Position numbers and translations under genes: made by a program
Part shown: positions 60,367-64,000 of the stretch, piece after piece
Layout of the letters: every line of letters starts with the position of its first letter
Position numbering within the stretch: position 1 is the stretch's first letter
Source: Massalongia carnosa
Taxonomy: Eukaryota
Direction: 5' to 3'
Length of the DNA: 64,000 bases
Assembly: GCA_965645245.1 (NCBI GenBank)
Contig: OZ287077.1
Location: forward strand, 1 to 64,000
Notes under the pieces: generated by a model
Databases searched by the model: none
The model's input: the letters and a program-made list of their open reading frames with translations, nothing else
What the model was told of the DNA's origin: nothing

Positions 60367-61230
60367 TGTCACGGTGCGAGGGCGTGTAGTAATTCAGGTG
60401 GTGCAAACGTGAGACTTGATTGTCTAGCTTAATGGACAAGACGTTCGACAAAGAGAAAAGAAACAGTAGAACGAAAAGACATGCCTATTACTCCTGATAA
60501 CTAAGCTAGTCCACCTTCGGACGTTGTCTGCCCTGATTACCATGTTGACTTCGTCATGCTTTCGGCATGCACTTCCGCAATGCCATTACCTCATGACTGT
60601 TCTTAGCACCTCCGGAAGACTAGTTCTTCCCGTTCCGACGTGGCATGTGCTTTGTCACCCCGTGACACCAGCTCCCCTTCTAGGTCCGAGCTCCGCGAGG
60701 ACCACCAGGCTTGTTAGGCATTAATCGATGATAGTCCTTCACCAAGTCATCACAATGAGTAACGTCTTTCGCTTCTGTCCAGTCCGGAGAGTCCCATCCG
60801 GCCCACTTCACCAAGTACTGTAATCGTCTTCGAAAGAAACGCGAGTCTATTATGTCTTCGACCTCCTATTCTTCTTCGCCTTCTACTTCGACGGGAGGTG
60901 ATGGAGCGGGTACTTGATCAACGTGCGGGTGTTGAGACACTGGTTCCAAAAGAGATACATGAAACACAGGATGTATCTTCATGGAGGCGGGTAGGTTCAG
61001 CTCGTATGCATACTTGCTGATCACTCTCTTTATAGTGAACCTTCCAAGTTTCTTCCAATCTAGCTTTCGGGAGGGTCGTTTGGTCTTTATGTGCCGGGCG
61101 TCTAACCATACTTTGTCACCGACTTGAAACATTGGAGCGGGAAGTCTATTCGCATTAGCGGAGTCTTCATATCTAGCCTGAGCTAAACGCATTTCGTTTC
61201 CGAAATGTTCACTAATGTCTTTCATCTTAT
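60367..61230 (-). mobile_element. 3' end of a Ty3/gypsy chromovirus (integrase tail, chromodomain, PPT, 301-bp LTR 60367-60667)
   Basis: [45 protein letters not shown]...GTGACA; AGAAGGGGAG PPT. Confidence 0.88.
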
Positions 61231-64000
61231 TGTAGAAGTATGAGGTTATTCATTGTTGTTATATTAATGATTCTATGACTCTACTTCTAAGGTCTGAAAT
61301 CCTCCTAGTCCAGGATGCGTGCCGCATACCGGAATAGGTCTACTGTTACACGTGACCATAATAATGTCTAGCGCCATAGGTTGGTATCCAACACCCCCCC
61401 ACAAGCTATGCGCTAGTTACGTAAGAATCGCCCACGCTAACGAATCGATTTTTATCTCGTTTTTTCTGGAAGAATCAGCAGCTGTTGGTTGCATCGGTTC
61501 ATTGGTAGGTTGTGGCTCCAGGTAGTGTGGCTGTGCTGATTTGGCTCTAGGTCATCTGCATCTGTTCGACAAAGGTGTGGAACTTTGCGTGCGTTAGGGC
61601 CTTCGTCAGGCCGTCGGCGATCATCTCCCCAGTTGGCACGTAGGTCAACTCGATTCTCTTTGCCTCCACCTCGTCTCGGATGTAATGGTGCTGGATATCG
61701 ATGTGTTTGGTCCTGGCATGGAATACTGGGTTGTGTGTCAGAGCAAGAGATCCTTGGTTGTCACCTTTGAGTGAAACAGTGGGGTCTCCGTCGCTGGGCT
61801 TGAGGCTGTTGAGGTCTCTGTCGATCGCTTGTACGCACGAGTTCTTGTTGGAGACCTTGATCTCAGCATGCTGTTGGTCCGCTTCCAACACCCCAAGCTC
61901 TGTGAGGAGTAGACGAAGCCAGGTGGCTTCTTTGGCGGCCAGCGTGAGTGCGATGTATTCCGCTTCTGTGGAAGAGAGAGCAACTGTTAATTGCCTTTTA
62001 GAGCACCAGCTTATCGGTCCCCCGTTCAGCATAAAGATGAAACCGGATGTTGACTTCCGGCTGTCCTTGTCACCTGCCCAATCCGAGTCCGAATAGCCTT
62101 CGATTTTCAGTTCTTCATCCCCCCCATAGGTTATGCCTCGATGTTTCGAGCCCTTGAGGTATTTGAGGATGGTTTTGACTGCTTCGGTGTGCTGATGGCT
62201 CGGGTTCTTGGCAAAGCGACTTACGAGGGACGTGGCGAAGGCAATATCTGGTCTGGTCTCTACCATGGAGAACATTATGGACCCCGTCATTCCTTGGTAT
62301 CTCTCCTTCTCTGGTGGTGAGGCTTCTCCTTCCTCGCGTTGGGAGAGTGGCACAGATTCTTTCATCGGGGTGTTGACGGGGTTGGCTTTGTCGAGATGGA
62401 ATCTCTCCAACACTTTTTCGATGTAGGCCGGTTGAGACAGTTTGATGGTTCGTTGCTTTCGATCCCGATCTATTCTCAGTCCTAGGTAAAAGCTGATGGG
62501 ACCCATATCTGACATAGAGAATGCAGCTGTGAGTTCTGCTTTGACTCGCTTGATTATCCCACTGTCCTTTGGCGCCATAATCTTGATGTCATCTACGAAG
62601 ACGCTGAGTACGGGACCTTTCAGCCCTGCACCCGATACGAATATACTGTGGTCTGCGTGGATGCGTTTCAAGCCTACTTTCTCGAGGAGGAAGGCTGAAA
62701 AGCGTTCGTACCAGAGGCGAGGAGATTGTTTGAGGCCGTAGATAGCTTTCAACAGTTTGCAAACCATATTCTTTGTGGCTTCTGTCTCAGTTCCCTTTGG
62801 AATCTCCATATATATCAGTTGATCAATGAGGCCATAGAGAAAAGCCGTTTTTACGTCCATCTGATCGATGTCCAGGTCGAAGAAGGCGGCAAGGGCGAAC
62901 AGGGTTCTGAAGGCCATTGGCTTCACCACGGATGCGTAGGTTTGATCGAAATCAACACCAAACTGTTGTAGGTACCCTTTGATAACCCATCTGGCTTTGA
63001 ATCTAGATACCTTGCCTTCGACATCACGCTTGACCTTGTACACCCACTTCCCCCCCAGAGGTCGATGACCTGACTCCATCTCGTTCTTTGGTATGAGAAC
63101 CCAGGTCTTGTTTTCGTGTAGAGAGTCTATTTCTTCTTTCATTGCCTGTGCCCACTGCGAGGCGTGGGGGCATTGCATTGCCCTGTTGTATGACTCAGGT
63201 TCTTCGACATCTAATTGGGTGGCAAGGACGTAGTCTCCTTTACTTTGGGCGTTGGCCTGAATGAGCCTCGAAGTCAAGATTGTGTATGGGTCGTCGTCTG
63301 CGTCATGGCCGTCCTCCTCGCATTCGATGTTTGTCAGGAACGCGTTTGCTTTTTCCTCCGAGCTGTGTTCCCAGTCAAGGTCTAGCAGCTTGCTGAGATG
63401 TACTATCAGATCTTGATCTTGAGCCTTTTGTGTAGGCCTTATCGTTCGGCCAGACCGAGACTTCCTTGTCTCCGTAGTTTCATTTGACGCTCCAGTAGTT
63501 TCATCTCTAGTAGTGACCTTTCGGCCCTTCCTAGGGGTTACTGTACTGGGAGTTGACTCGCTGGCACCTGTTGCATTGTTGGACTTTCGGCCTACATCCA
63601 ACATCTGTGTGTCGCTCGTCGCCTCGTCATCGTCATCGGAGAGTAAGAAACCTGAGAAGGTGGGAGTGTTTTTGTATTCAGGAAGCTCGGTGGACGTCTT
63701 GGCCTCGTAGTCTTCAAAGATTCTGAGATCTTTGATGCGAATGACTTTGTTCTGTTCTCGGATGTGGACTCTGTAGATTGTATGACCATCGTATCCAACA
63801 AGAATACCGCGTAAGGCTCGTGGGTTCCACTTCTCAGACTTTAAGGCTCGTTCCTCTTCGTGTAGGAGAACGTACACTGTCGAGCCTAACACTCGGAGGT
63901 GTTGGATATCTGGGTGGATTTTCTGCTGTGCATGGTAGGGGTTGTCTCCACCTAAAGCCTTCGTGGGACGAACATTTTTGACGTACGTCATCGCAAGAAC
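61231..64000 (-). mobile_element. Second Copia-A copy (Copia-A2), 3' LTR 61231-61393, continues beyond the window
   Basis: Near-identical reverse complement of ~9391-12152. Confidence 0.96.
61547..64000 (-). CDS. Copia-A2 pol (integrase C-terminus, RT, RNase H), open throughout the visible part
   Basis: 814-aa open frame lacking the frameshift and stop of Copia-A1. Confidence 0.93.
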   Translation of the reverse strand, partial: VLAMTYVKNVRPTKALGGDNPYHAQQKIHPDIQHLRVLGSTVYVLLHEEERALKSEKWNPRALRGILVGYDGHTIYRVHIREQNKVIRIKDLRIFEDYEAKTSTELPEYKNTPTFSGFLLSDDDDEATSDTQMLDVGRKSNNATGASESTPSTVTPRKGRKVTTRDETTGASNETTETRKSRSGRTIRPTQKAQDQDLIVHLSKLLDLDWEHSSEEKANAFLTNIECEEDGHDADDDPYTILTSRLIQANAQSKGDYVLATQLDVEEPESYNRAMQCPHASQWAQAMKEEIDSLHENKTWVLIPKNEMESGHRPLGGKWVYKVKRDVEGKVSRFKARWVIKGYLQQFGVDFDQTYASVVKPMAFRTLFALAAFFDLDIDQMDVKTAFLYGLIDQLIYMEIPKGTETEATKNMVCKLLKAIYGLKQSPRLWYERFSAFLLEKVGLKRIHADHSIFVSGAGLKGPVLSVFVDDIKIMAPKDSGIIKRVKAELTAAFSMSDMGPISFYLGLRIDRDRKQRTIKLSQPAYIEKVLERFHLDKANPVNTPMKESVPLSQREEGEASPPEKERYQGMTGSIMFSMVETRPDIAFATSLVSRFAKNPSHQHTEAVKTILKYLKGSKHRGITYGGDEELKIEGYSDSDWAGDKDSRKSTSGFIFMLNGGPISWCSKRQLTVALSSTEAEYIALTLAAKEATWLRLLLTELGVLEADQQHAEIKVSNKNSCVQAIDRDLNSLKPSDGDPTVSLKGDNQGSLALTHNPVFHARTKHIDIQHHYIRDEVEAKRIELTYVPTGEMIADGLTKALTHAKFHTFVEQMQMT

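Overview
Eukaryotic window from a filamentous ascomycete (TTAGGG telomere repeat, GT-AG introns, HET and NLR genes). It looks like a subtelomeric nest of transposable elements. Left end: a perfect 122-bp-arm palindrome formed by two piggyBac 3' ends, then a piggyBac element sitting distal to a ~25-copy (TAACCC)n tract that cuts directly into a Ty3/gypsy pol frame. The rest is nested mobile DNA: five Ty1/copia families (one present as two inverted near-identical copies), four Ty3/gypsy fragments, several solo LTRs, two Tad1-like LINE fragments, two pogo/Fot1-like elements, one Tc1 and one MULE. There is also a tyrosine-recombinase retrotransposon (gag, RT/RNaseH, YR) bounded only by 9-bp CTAGTTCAT inverted ends. 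Host-like genes are an intact HET-domain gene, a decayed SesB-like/NB-ARC/TPR NLR, a DUF3505-like (telomere-linked-helicase-type) N-terminus and a frameshifted conserved hypothetical gene. Many boundaries are supported by target-site duplications read by eye. Family names come from recognised motifs, not database searches.
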